Both the position numbers and the translations under genes were made by a program. Under the pieces are notes generated by a model, which was not told the origin of the DNA, made no database searches, and saw only the letters and a list, made by a program, of their open reading frames with translations. From contig NC_134035.1 of NCBI RefSeq assembly GCF_964204645.1, positions 4,898,001 through 4,962,000 on the forward strand: 64,000 nt of DNA. Reading direction: 5' to 3'. This document shows positions 44,201-56,613 of the stretch, in pieces; positions within the stretch are counted from its first letter, which is position 1; every line of letters starts with the position of its first letter. Origin of the DNA: Tubulanus polymorphus. Its lineage: Eukaryota > Animalia > Nemertea.

Positions 44201-47200
44201 TTTCATATTTTAGTACATATCAAACAAAATTAGTATCCCTAGGGGACAAAATACTGAAAATCAGAAACAGTTTGAGGAGAAGATGCAACTATAACAAATT
44301 TTGTTGAGGAGATGAATTACCACTTCGAGCAAGTTGTTCAAAAGATGGTTAAAGATAACTGGCGAATAGATACCATAGTAACAATGTAGTATCAATTGAA
44401 ACTATGTCAACTATCCCCTGGTTAACTCTAACCCACTTTTGAGCAATCGGCCCATTATCATTATCATTCTGAAAGAAATGTAAATCAAAATCCAGTCACA
44501 AGTTTCAATATAATATTCCGAGTTACGAATGATACTTTCTTTTAAGAGAAGTAGCAAATAATAAATACCTGATTGAGTAATTGTTTAATGACGGCTGGAC
44601 TCGACAGTACGGACGTATACCAGCCCCGACCCTCCGACGAGTTACTACTGTTCGGACGACTGGGCGTCGTCGGCGATACCGGCGACTCGGCCGTCACCTG
44701 CGCTGCGGCGACCATCTCGACGTCGATCGGCGACAGCGGATGTTTCTTCGCCGGAGCGGGTATAGATGGCAGCGGCGTCGCTGCCGTCGTCGTCGCGACG
44801 GGAGGCTTTGAATCGTTAGTCGTCGTCGACGGCAGATTCACGTACATCGGGCTGTTCTCGTTGGAATCGATTCCGGAATCGTTCGGCGCCGATAGCGACG
44901 TCGATTCTTTCTTTTCGCGTTCCGTCTGCAGAGCGCGTTCTTTCTCCAGTTTCGGGATTCGTCCCATTTTCACGGCTGCCAAAATGAAAACAACAAAACA
45001 TATTTTCCGAGATCAGTATGGCGCCACTTTCAGGCCATTTAGTTTGTCACGTGATAACAACAAAATCTCGAGTGAATCAGAGAAACTTCTAGGTTTAAAA
45101 TGTTACAATTCGTTCATTTTTCACTGAATCACGTCCTGATCAAGAAACACGCGCTCACTAGCATTATCCGAATTCCCCGAGTTTTTCAAGGCTTTTTGGT
45201 AATATTTGTCGAATTCTCGAGAATTTTTCCAGATTTTTTTTTGTTTCTTCATAAGATAAGATAACTTTATTTGTCTCCATGACTAAAAACAATAGTTTAA
45301 GGAGGTTATAACAATGGTAATAATAATTCTTGATTAATGCATATAAACTATCACTGTTCAATGTGCAGACGAGATTAAATCTTCAATTATCTATCACATT
45401 TTGAGAGAAAATTAGCTAGTCTTTTCAGGGTAGTCAAGTTACTGGTATTCAAAAGTTCACTATATTTGAGTATATGTATATTGGGGCGTTTCTAATATCT
45501 TTCCGGCAGTAATTCTTTGTCCGTTACGTTTATACTTTTTACGCACAAAAATACAATGGAACTCGTCACCGATTTCGTCCAGGTCATAGTTACGTTTTTC
45601 GTTTATAATCCACTTCGAATTGAATTGATTTTGGAGCTTAAGGCGAAGGAGGATTTTATAGAGTATTGTGCTGATCTTGGTGTTGTTATAGTCGTTTACG
45701 AGTCTAGTCCAATAGCTAACATTGCAGATTTTCCCTGCGATTTCGATCGGATAGCGGCCGAGCTCACCATATACGAATGCTGATGGCGTGGTTTTCTTAA
45801 CACCCAACACGTGTTTAAAGAAATTAAGATGTAGCGATTCCAGCAACTTCAGGTCTTCGTACCCCCACACTTCGGCTCCGTACAACATGCCGGGTAGAAA
45901 TGTCGCATCAAATAATTTTATGTGAATGATTTTTGTTGTGATTAAAGGGCCGATTTAAGGGGTTACCCAAGGGAATCTAGGCACACCCCAACTTTGAAGA
46001 ATAAATCCGGCAACCGAACAAAAACTGTGCGAGGATTTGGTAAGAGGTTTCATCTGAAAAGTTATTCAGTCCAAATCTCTTACAGTTATTCTTCGATTCA
46101 TCAACTGAATTAGACAGACACTTGTCGATGAAAGATCCAACACCCACAAAATGTTAGCGTAAAAAATTCCTCGTTGACATTTCAAGTGAAAATATAAATC
46201 TATTACACGCAAGTTTTTCTCAGAAACCCGGAGAATATTTTTCGCAAAGTATGCGACTATCGAGACGTCACTCGCCCCCGGGGACCAGTCGTTTTATCGC
46301 AGGGCACCCTCTTCATCGTCGCTCAGTTCTACTCACCCTCGACGGACATGCCCATCAACACGCATTGTTTGAAGCGACATGACTTGCAGCGATTCCGATT
46401 TTTTGGCGACAGAATGCATTGACCACCGAAAAAGCATTTATACTTCTCCGCCTTGGGAATACTCCTTTTGAAGAAACCCTGAAAATGCATGAACACAGCA
46501 AATGACACAAATTCGTTAGTCAGTCTTTAAGGTAGGTCTACATTAAACCCGCATTACTGGAACTGGGTTCTGAGTCAAATATCAAACTCGCACAACTGTG
46601 GAACTGGGTTCAGAGTCAAATATCAAACCCGCACAACTGTGGAACTGGGTTCAGAGTCAAATATCAAACCCGCACAACTGTGGAATTGGGTTCAGAGTCA
46701 AGTATCAAACTTACAGAACTGTGGAACTGGGTATCTAACTGACACGACTATAGGCCTATTAGGATACAGAGTTTTATAATCATATGGTGATTTTTTTTCG
46801 TTCTATTGTTTTTCCTTATCCGTATATGTCATTCTTCAGTTGGCATGGAGATTAAACCCTTCAAACGACATCGATGGCAACTTTTCCACGAATTAGCTAC
46901 GGTTTCTAATATCTCGTAGTATCAGGATATCTCGGTATCAGGTGTACTTTGCGCCTCGATTAACTTAGCACTTCGCTCCTTACGTCTAGATGCAAATTTA
47001 ATCATCAACATCTGCCGTGGTGGAAAACTTGTTAATATCAAACTAGCAAGAATCGATCCAAGCCCCGAAACTCAGTCAATTAGCGCGTATAACGATTTCC
47101 TAATTTTCATCGACATCGTTTCGAATTTTTCGAACGCGCGATCTTCGTACGACAGTGCGACGTGGATCTCAATAGGGAAGTTTCCCAGTTACCAGGCGCC

Positions 47201-48086
47201 ATTTTGAGGTGGTCCCGAAGGAACCGCATTGTTGGACAGATTTTAACTAAAACTTCTAGCGCGATTAATTGTCGTCCATTCCTCTTTTGGCACAAATGTA
47301 TCGTTAGAAAGGTGATCATTTCTATTTTCCGATGGTGTTTATTTTACTTTTCTCGGCTTTGACAATCGGATACAGTTGCAGTTTAAAAAACATACGTCAC
47401 TTTTAGGAAGGCGCCTAAAAGAAATTGGTAATTTTCTGTTATTGATTGTAACTTTTTCATGTTTTGAGATAAAATGTAGAATTTTCCATTTAAGATAGTT
47501 TTATCTAAGGACTTTGTTGATACTGCTTTCATAAAAATACCTTCATAGAAACGCGCGTGGCCACCGCTTGAGTAAAGCGCAAAGCGTACGTGAGTGGGTT
47601 GAACAGTGGTTGTCGCAGCCAAGAAAAATGAATTTAACACCATCAGAAAATAGAAATTGTCACCTTTCTAACAATTCGTAAGTTTTAATTTTGCGCCAAA
47701 AGAGGGATGGATAACAATTAATCCCGAAAGAGGTTTTTGTTTAGAAAATGTTAAAATCTGTGCAACAATGCGGGACCTTTGGGACCACCTCAAAATGGCG
47801 CCTGGCAACTGGAAGCTTCCCTATCGAAGAAATTCAACTATACGAATATTCAGATAATGAACCATATATTCTAACAGTTAGAAACTCGGAACTACAGAAA
47901 CAACCATCAGGCGAACTAAGTGAACGGTTGTAGCTGGTGGGCGAACCGAATCATAATTGTTTCAATATCTGTGTCAAGACTTACCTTACATCCTTCACAG
48001 GTAGCTACGCCGTAATGAACGCCAGTCGCCTTATCCTTACATATCTTACAATCACCAAACGGATATGGGATCGCACCATGGGGCAT
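38260..48086 (-). CDS. Nuclear receptor, NR1 subfamily related to groups C/D/E/F (Rev-erb/E75/PPAR/ROR-like), 781 aa
   Basis: Phase-consistent exons 47985-48086, 46337-46478, 44569-44975, 42582-43637, 41667-41772, 41420-41508, 40519-40720, 39002-39208, 38260-38294 (2346 nt). DBD: [29 protein letters not shown]...CFFGGQC...[20 protein letters not shown] box: [15 protein letters not shown] signature: [36 protein letters not shown]. Confidence 0.9.
38430..38620 (+). mobile_element. Probable 3' tail of a non-LTR retroelement
   Basis: AT-rich stretch ending AATAAAA, then an A18 tract, antisense within the last NR intron. Confidence 0.4.
39240..39640 (+). repeat. Degenerate ~51-57-bp tandem array of tRNA/SINE-head-like units
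   Basis: About 8 units of TGGCAGAGTC..GATGCCATCAGGTTC(G/A)AATCC (A-box-like plus B-box-like). Solitary related heads occur at ~41075-41110 (-), ~41325-41355 and ~55530-55552. Confidence 0.65.
41921..42312. mobile_element. Dispersed repeat / non-autonomous DNA element (second copy ~49575-49900)
   Basis: Shared CTAGTCATGTAGACC..GGGTAATTCCA..GTAATAAAAT core and AAGGAC subrepeats in both copies. Confidence 0.6.
43870..44210. repeat. Degenerate ~55-60-bp tandem repeat (~6 units)
   Basis: Recurrent AATTAATCA..GGGTAAGACCCTCAGTAACA..TTTCTG(T/C)TCA. Confidence 0.7.
45250..45920 (-). mobile_element. 5'-truncated, degenerate non-LTR retrotransposon 3' end (RTE-X-like)
   Basis: ORF 45460-45888 reads [37 protein letters not shown]...IGDEFH (post-RT thumb and CCHC remnant). 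The minus-strand tail is AATAAAG followed by TTATC repeats at ~45250-45272. Confidence 0.75.
46545..46732. repeat. 41-bp tandem repeat built from a MITE terminus
   Basis: The GAACTGGG anchor recurs at 46560, 46601, 46642, 46683 and 46724; the unit contains CAACTGTGGAACTGGGT, the TIR of the abundant MITE family. Confidence 0.85.
47162..47836. mobile_element. Non-autonomous DNA transposon with ~85-bp imperfect TIRs in NR intron
   Basis: ATAGGGAAG..CCAGGCGCCATTTTGAGGTGGTCCC..CCGCATTGTTG..AGATTTTAAC is mirrored at 47750-47825. Confidence 0.75.
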
Positions 48087-50223
48087 AATTACACGCTACA
48101 TGGAGAAACCTGCAATTATTAAAGAAAAAAAAAAACGTTATTAGCGTTCATTACAGTTGTATCGAGAGTACTATATAAAACCATGCATAGCGCGCGTGCG
48201 CATTGCGCGTAGAAGTCGCTAAATACGCTGCCAGAAAAACAGTATATGAATTTCGTCATAAATTCATGAAGACTAGTCAAACACCAACATGAAAAAAATT
48301 ATAAAAAATTGGCAAGCTGACAGCTTGGTGGTTTTGTATTTCTGTAGTAGAATTAATTGAACTTTGAACTGATTACTTTTTTTAAAGAGCTAAGCAAGCG
48401 ATCGGTGTCGTCTTACATCGTTATGCGTGAAATGTTACACCCAGGAATCTGAACGGTTTTATTGTAGACGTGGACCAAGTCAGTGCAACCTTTTAGATGG
48501 TCGCTATTTGAATATCGCGGTGTCTTAAAACGGAATTCATCAAATGTTGATAATTGCTAGATTACTTATCGGATTGTGTTAAAATAATTTTGCTGTATAG
48601 AAAATTTTACAGCTGAATTTAAAAGCCCGTGAAAATCATCGAAGATTCTTGTTTTGGATTTGGCCACAACGATAGAACGATTTTCTGTAGGTCTACCATC
48701 ACTACCTAATTAAGACAGGTTTCGATCGGTCTGTACCGATTCCGGAATTCTCATCCAGAATATACTCCACCTATACCGGATACCAGGATGGATAATCCGT
48801 AAACCTGATAAAAGTTTCTAATCCGGATTTCCATCAATCGCAATCAACCGACTCAAATGCAGATGGCGCTACTGCGGTATAACTGTTCGAATGAAAAACA
48901 CTGGGATCAGATTAATTATCACGGAACTACAGCGTCTCCGAAGTGATTACTCGACGATCTAATTAACAACGTTTGGAGGGGTTTTTAATAACTGGTATCC
49001 GATAGCACACCTCCCTCGGGGGGGGGGGGAGGCAGGGATGAGGGGATTACACATTTTCAATCGAATAAAGTCAACACGAATTCGCCATTCGTTTCGTGAT
49101 CTTTTTAAATGCAGGAATCTCTTCGAGGCGAGAAATAAATCAAGAGGTTATTGTGTCGAGGTATTATGTAATAAGGTTCATCGCTCTATAGAGAGGTGTA
49201 TGTGTGTATGCATGCGCACGTGTGTCTAGCGCTGCAGACTACACTTTCAAGTCGATTGAAATCATTTACAATCTCTTTATCATCGTAGCGTTTTTGAACA
49301 AGCTGGCTGAGTTGTAGTAGTCGGGTAACGTTTTTTTTTGCGCGCGGGGAGGAAAATTCTTGTTCTCTTATAGTCTATACCGGTAGCCTGATAAGCGGCT
49401 CTCGCTGCCGTATCATCATTCTTAGCTATACATTATAAATGTCAAAGCAACCTTTACATGAAACTGGACACTCACCGGACGATACGTTTGGGAACGGATG
49501 GGAGCAGTGAAATCTTTTGAGAACCGTATTCGAGTTGATTATAAGAGTACAAACAGTGTCCACGCAGTCAGAACAGGATTTCCAGTGGTTAAGATAAAAG
49601 AAGTGGCCAGGATAAAAGAAGTACGAAGAATGACTCTTTTTTCGGCAATGTTAAACCCAAAAGGAAGGACTTTTTGACTCGGAAAGAAGCACTTTCCCAA
49701 AAAAATAAGGGCCAACGAAGAAGCATTTTAGCAATGCGTTTGCCGGGATGCTAGTCATGTAGACCAGTCATATATTCCAGGGTAATTCCATTATACCTTC
49801 CTGTATAATATGATCAATCTTCCTGACAATTGAATTACGTACCAGACCTTAGTAATAAAATATTTCAGCAGTCGCATTCGCGACAAAATTGTCGGAACAA
49901 ACTCCTCTTCGCGAATAAAGAAAATGGAACAAGTTTTTTTGACAAATACAAGTCCGACTATTTTACACACCCCCTCCCCCATCTAGTGTCACACCTATGT
50001 ATTTTGTAGCCGCAACAGCTGCAAGGCTGCGTGATGAATTTCATTTTCATTCACCGACAGCCGGACCGGGCCCGGGCCTCGCCTCGTGTGTGAAATTGAA
50101 TCTAGGCAGCTGTTACCAAAAATCATAATAAAACACTGTACTCCAACATGTTCGCCGTGCTCCAATTTCGCGATTTATGTGTTTTGTCGACGCAACTTTT
50201 GAAGAGTTGCCAGATTCGCTTCA

Positions 50224-50264
<41 letters not shown>

Positions 50265-50486
50265 GTATATATATACACGTATATTAGTTATTTGAATGTC
50301 GTCAAGTGTCGTAAACAATATTTTTTAACACTGGGAACTATCTCTCTCTACTATATCTACCACACTGTACGGCACTACTCCGCCACTACTCCCTGTATCT
50401 CCGCCGCACTAAGGATCATAGGTTTAATAGATATATCTAAACGCCGCCCGCTGCCACCGCTATTCGAGGTGTTTTGATCTTACCAA

Positions 50487-50489
<3 letters not shown>

Positions 50490-50537
<48 letters not shown>
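50490..50537. repeat. (CAG)16 / (CTG)16 trinucleotide repeat
   Basis: Pure 48-nt run, just inside a strong minus-strand donor (TTG|GTAAGA at 50484). Confidence 0.9.
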
Positions 50538-50538
<1 letters not shown>

Positions 50539-51492
50539 CGAAATAAAGAAACAAAACATCAAAACATCGAAGGAGGTGGTCTACTGCGCACAAACACGCA
50601 TTCGCCGCCTTGTCCTTGACCCTGCTGGAATAAACAGAACGAGCTCTCTCTCTCTCTCTCGCAGCGTCGCAGTAGAAATACATGTATAGTGATGACATAT
50701 TCGCGCCCGATCCTATTTTATCTTCCAGCTGGCAGCCGTCGTCGTAGCTCGTCGAAACCCTCGACAATTCATGCATTCCATCGTAAATACTACGCTATTC
50801 TAAAATTCAAATTTCATAAATTCGGTCGCGCCACACGACATTTCTACCGATGAAATTCAATCTTTTGAGATCGTCGAAATCGATACCCAAGTTGGATGGT
50901 ATTACCGGGAGGCAGGTGCAAGACCTATATAAAGTAAACATCTAAAGCAAGGAGGCCAGAAAAACAGTTCGACAAATGCTTATCTTCAAGCTTTGGGCGT
51001 CGAGGGGGGATTCCCGTTTCGAACTCACCGCGCAGGTCGAGCCATCAATGAAAAACACTCACTCTATTTTCTGTATTAGATATAGAAGCCATATAAACCA
51101 CAAAATCCCTGCGTGACATTTGAAAAGAAGCGCCCGATAGATAATTAACACACAGCAAGAATAGCCGTCGTCATTCATACGCATAGCCTAGATCCAGGCC
51201 AAAATATGAAGCCATGTGTGGCATAACTTCTTAACGACACAGATGCCAAGAACAATGCGTTGATATTTTGATATGTTGTAGCAGGCGTAAATTGGTTTCA
51301 AAAGGGCCGAATTTCGTCATCATGCTTCGGGGAAATGCAGGGTTTAATGGCAAGAATTCAATTTTACTCACTGTACAATAATGAAGGCTCAGTGAATATT
51401 GTACTCACTGTCAACTACTAGTGATCCTCGAATCAAATCAACTGATATGTGAGGTTACTAGCTGCTCGCTAGCGCGTCAGCTTTAGAGCTTC

Positions 51493-52820
51493 TGAGCAAC
51501 AATCTGAGGACATGAGCTACAAACTAAGGACATCAGCTATAAAGTGAGGACATGAGCAACAATCTGAGGACATGAGCTACAAACTAAGGACATCAGCTAT
51601 AAAGTGAGGACATGAGCAACAATCTGAGGACATGAGCTACAAACTAAGGACATCAGCTATAAAGTAAGGACATGAGCAACAATCTGATGACATCAGCTAC
51701 AAACTGAGGACATGAGCAACAATCTGATGACATCAGCTACAAACTGAGAACATCAGCTACAAACTGAGAACATCAGCTACAAACTGAGGACATCAGCTAC
51801 AAACTGAGAACATCAGCTACAAACTGAGGACATCAGCTACAAACTGAGGACATCAGCTACAAACTGAGGACATCAGCTACAAACTGAGGACATCAGCTAC
51901 AAACTGAGAACATCAGCTACAAACTGAGGACATCAGCTACAAACTGAGGACATCAGCTACAAACTGAGGACATCAGCTACAAACTGAGAACATCAGCTAC
52001 AAACTGAGGACATCAGCTACAAACTGAGAACATCAGCTACAAACTGAGGACATTAGCTACAAACTGAAGACATCAGCTACAAACTGAGGACATCAGCTAC
52101 AAACTGAGGACATCAGCTACAAACTGAGAACATCAGCTACAAACTGAGGACATCAGCTACAAACTGAGAACATCAGCTACAAACTGAGGACATCAGCTAC
52201 AAACTGAGAACATCAGCTACAAACTGAGGACATCAGCTACAAACTGAGAACATCAGCTACAAACTGAGGACATTAGCTACAAACTGAGAACATCAGCTAC
52301 AAACTGAGGACATCAGCTACAAACTGAGAACATCAGCTACAATCTGAGAACATCAGCTACAAACTGAGGACATCAGCTACAAACTGAGGACATCAGCTAC
52401 AAACTGAGAACATCAGCTACAAACTGAGGACATCAGCTACAAACTGAGAACATCAGCTACAAACTGAGAACATCAGCTACAAACAGAGGACATCAGCTAC
52501 AAACTGAGGACATGAGCAACAATCTGATGACATCACCTACAAACTGAGAACATCAGCTACAAACTGAGAACATCAGCTACAAACTGAGGACATCAGCTAC
52601 AAACTGAGGACATCACCTACAAACTGAAGACATCATCTACAAACTGAGGACATCACCTACAAACTGAAGACATCATCTACAAACTGAGAACATCAGCTAC
52701 AAACTGAGAACATCAGCTACAAACTAAAGACATCATCTACAAACAGACAGCTACAGACTGATGACATCAGCTACAAACTGAAGACATCATCTACAAACTG
52801 AGAACATCAGCTACAAACTG
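51493..52820. repeat. 20-bp minisatellite (~65 units)
   Basis: Consensus CATCAGCTACAAACTGAG(G/A)A; the first ~200 bp form a 60-bp three-unit higher-order repeat. Confidence 0.97.
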
Positions 52821-53729
52821 TAGGCCATGTGGCAATATGAAATGTGAGCCAGATATATGAAATCCCAACACCACTAGATTCCGATACGAGGAGTAAACCC
52901 AATATCAGCCTGAACTCACGGTGAACTCTGACGAACCCTCTCAACAATCCGTGGGTTTTGGTGCACATGTCAAGAGCAAATATTTATGAAGACGGGCGGC
53001 GATATTCTCAAACTAGATCCATTAAAATAAAAAACTGGTTCAAATATAATAATTGTTTTTTATCGGGACGACCCGGTGCTGCCCAGGTGCGTGTAGAGTA
53101 ACTGACAATAGGAACCAAAAACGTAGGAACCCCGATAACGATTCAATTCTTTAAGCAAAGAGGTCGCAGCCCGGGACGTGTGACATTTCGAAAGTTTTAT
53201 ACGAAATCAGGTCGTAATAAGAGAGCGTTAAATAATTCAATTGAAAATCAAGATTCTTTTCGGCACCTATTTTCAGGGTTACTTCGTGTAATCCTTAAGT
53301 ATAAAACCTATCACGGCTACCCCCGGTAACAGTGCAGACGACTCATTAAAAACGTCGTAATTTTTCGAGTCAAAAATAGAAAGTTCTCGAGATGGATTTT
53401 TTTGTCGCTGTTGAAATCTGATAAAATAATTGCAAAAATTGCGTAACAATCGAGTTTGATTCAATTTCAAACACGTTGACGATGAACCCGAGTCGACACT
53501 TAATAACAATCAGAAGCCGTCGAAAGCTGCGAAAATTATATGAAAACACGACGACGGACGTTTCTACGGATTCCGAGATCGAATTTCGGATTCATCGGCG
53601 TCAATTTCTAAGACGAATTCGGCGAATCTACGCCGCCCAATATTCTACGGCTATAAGCGCAGAGATTACTTTTAGGACGATAGAGCCATTGTTAGGGCTT
53701 CTCTTTCACGCGCGTCACCGACGGTGTTA

Positions 53730-53890
53730 GGGATCATTCATTTATTACGTACGCACATAAAATTTGACTTTTTCAACCCCCTTTCCCCTCTGTACGCAAA
53801 ATCGGCCATTTTTTCATATACATTAAGCATTACAGTACGCAATTGCACTGACCCCTCCCCTTAATGCGTACGTAATAAATGAATGACCCC
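53730..53890. mobile_element. PIF/Harbinger-type MITE
   Basis: TIRs GGGATCATTCATTTATTACGTACGCA / TGCGTACGTAATAAATGAATGACCCC, flanked by TTA on both sides. Confidence 0.8.
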
Positions 53891-56514
53891 TTATCCAAAG
53901 CGATAATTCGTAAAGGAAAGGTGTAAGATCTGAAGATAGCGATGTTTTTATACGCGCTGTGGCTGCTCACGTTTTAGTACAGAGAGGACAGTCCTCAAAG
54001 TCCAAAATGCTGAACAACTTCGTCAGCTCTTTCTCAATGGTCCCAAAGAGGATATTGTCATTTTGGCAAATTTTTTGAAAAAATGTTTTCATTCTTTGTA
54101 AGCAGGCTATCTTTGTCCACTGGGATGTGTTTTTATTACAAAAAAAAGAAGAAATCTTCTTAATATTTGCAAGTTTCTCTACGTTCAAATTTTAATAAAG
54201 TTAAATCTTTTATCGTCAATATATTTTGTGTCTGTATATTTTGTATTGAATCACATTGTTTATGATCGAGGATTGTTCGAAAAAGCTATCGGTCGTTAGT
54301 TCCGCATTCGAAGTGTATCGTATTCACTATCTCCTATAAAAAACAGCAAATGTTTTAAAAAAAAAAGAAAAGGTTTTTAACCTAGCACTCGGTCTTCGTT
54401 ACGCGGATGGGCGAAATTGACTTAAAATTCAAACGAATGGCGAGTATCAAGTATAGATAGATGCTACGCGTTTTTCGTTTCAGCGAGCGAGGTGAATATA
54501 TATAGAAACATAGCGTGACAATCGCGTTACCGCGTCGTGACGACCATCAATTACGCGGTAAACGATCGTCGTCGTCGTCGGAATTGATCGACACGACACC
54601 GAGACAAATATCATCGCCCGAGTCGCCGTTAATCGAAAACGCACCCGTCCTCTTTTCGCCGCGACGTTTTTGGTCTCGAAACTGGTTCTCACCGATGACG
54701 ACGACGACGACGACGACGAACGAGAGCCGAAACTTCGCGTCGTTTCAACCTCTGTTTTCAACAGTTCGAATTCGTCGTCGCCATCGCCAGGCGTTTGATC
54801 CGCGTTTCCATAGCGACCAACAGACAATAAAGATCGCGGCGACGACGAAGTTAGAAAAATCTCAATCGCTCCTTTCGCTTTCCTGGCAAAAAACCTATCG
54901 ATTCAAATCCCCCGCTGCTTTGAAGATGTTTAGTTTGCGTAAAACTTTTCTCATCAATTTTCTGAACGCAAGTCGAGTAACTAGGTCCCTCGTAATGAGG
55001 TACCGGCACTCACCACTAGATGGTGCGACCAATAGTCAGTTTATGGGAAAATGATTTTATAAATAACTGGTTAACATACGTTCAATCCACAGAGCAATTC
55101 TCCTTATCTATTCAAAAATGTTCACGTAAATAAAGTAAATGAACATAGATTCACTGAACGATGAATTCTGTAACAATCCTCTATGTACCATTAAGTATGG
55201 TTAAAGTGTAATTAATACCTTATCATATCTTACATAGACCATCCTCGCTTGCCAGGGGTCCGGTTTCACTCCCGAACTCGCTTCCACCAGCCCCCTGGCC
55301 TCACGAAGCGTGATTTTATTACTGGCGCTGTTGCGCATGACGTCATATATCGATTTGTGAAATACTTCCTTGTTCAGTAAAACGTTCGCTGATTGGTCCA
55401 TTTAACAGGAAAACTAATAGAAGCCTAAAGTCGTTTGTTAGAAGCGCTGTGATTGGTACGACTGGATTCTGGTCGGCTAGTAACGACTCCAACAACTCGT
55501 GAGGTCAAGGGGTTCGGCGAACAGCTTTAGCGTAGTGGGTTCGAATCCCTTGACGGGTGAAGATGACATAGACATACTAGCATTAAAAAAAAAAAACATC
55601 AACCTTTCTAGTCATTCAGCGTTGTCCAATTTGCTGGAATTTAGAGGCCCTATAAAATCTCAAAAATTGAAAATACAGCCTGATTTTGGTGCAATCCGTC
55701 GCATACAAGTAACATGTAGCATGACAGAACGTTAGGAGTGATGACCTCAAGTGGTGTACGGGCTGTTTAGACAGGGATAGATGTAAAAAACGGGCAGGGA
55801 ATTGGGGGAGGCTACTGCTTTAATATCCTAAACCCTATTGGTTTTGCTGAGCTAGAAAGCGAGGTTTTTAACAACAATCAAACGAATGTGGTTTAAATAT
55901 CGAATTGCGGTCCGATCGGGAACCTGATTTCGTAACACGAAAAGTTTAGAACGTCTGTTTTTCCGTAAACTTTGGTAAGCACCGGGACGCTTATCAAAAA
56001 ACAAACAACTTCGAGAATATTCTTCGAAATAACAAACCTTGACAGAGGCCTAGATCGACATTGTTACAATCTCATGTCGATTTTCATTCACCTGCCCCGC
56101 ATGAATTATTGAATCACTCTATGCATAAATTACGCCTAAACGATCAAATTGAGGATTGCTAAAACCTCTGGACCCAGTTCCACAGTTGTGAGTTAGAGTT
56201 AACTCTTGAGTTAAAGTTAGTTCTTTTTCAATGTTTTAACCCAGGGTCAAATCTTAACTCAGAACTGTGGAACTGGATCCAGGGCGGCTATTTCGTTCAT
56301 CTCTCCGTTAAAAAACGATGATCGCTACTGGTAAATTCCATTATTAAGCGCCTTACTCACTTTGTAAATACTTTCTTCAAAAATGATTTATCGCGATACT
56401 TCGCGCGTTTCTTAACGTTCCTGATTTACCCAATACGTGCCTAGAATTCACGATAGCTCGATTTCGAGAATATATCGGATGACGACCCGAGTAACGAGAA
56501 CGGCTTCATGGAGA

Positions 56515-56613
56515 CAGAAGGCGGAGAGAGGGAATAGAGAGAGGGAGGAGAGAGGGAGGAGAGAAGAGAGAGGGAGGAGAGAAGAGAGGGAGGAGAGAAG
56601 AGAGGGAGGAGAG
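56515..56613. repeat. Purine-rich (GA) low-complexity tract
   Basis: GAGAGGGAGGAGAGAA-type repeats. Confidence 0.85.

Noticed and set aside
43059-45127. Plus-strand ORFs of 123 and 184 aa
   Set aside because: They are antisense shadows of nuclear receptor hinge exons.
50148-50776. Poly-Ala, poly-Cys and (IY)n ORFs
   Set aside because: They are translations of CAG and TA microsatellites.
51493-52820. CRISPR-like array or tandem hammerheads (CTGAGGA/CTGATGA in each unit)
   Set aside because: Units are contiguous with no unique spacers, there is no GAAA box or stem II, and the DNA is eukaryotic.
54978-54988. RORE-like site TAACTAGGTCC suggesting NR autoregulation
   Set aside because: The half-site is imperfect, and such matches are expected by chance in 64 kb.
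54480-55054. Overlapping 115-aa and 179-aa ORFs
   Set aside because: They are low-complexity (GAC/GTC) CpG-rich sequence with non-ATG starts and no recognisable domain; more likely UTR or promoter sequence.
55505-55560. tRNA gene (GGTTCGAATCCC)
   Set aside because: Only the T-arm/B-box is recognisable with no full cloverleaf; it is likely a SINE head remnant. The same applies to ~10290-10360.
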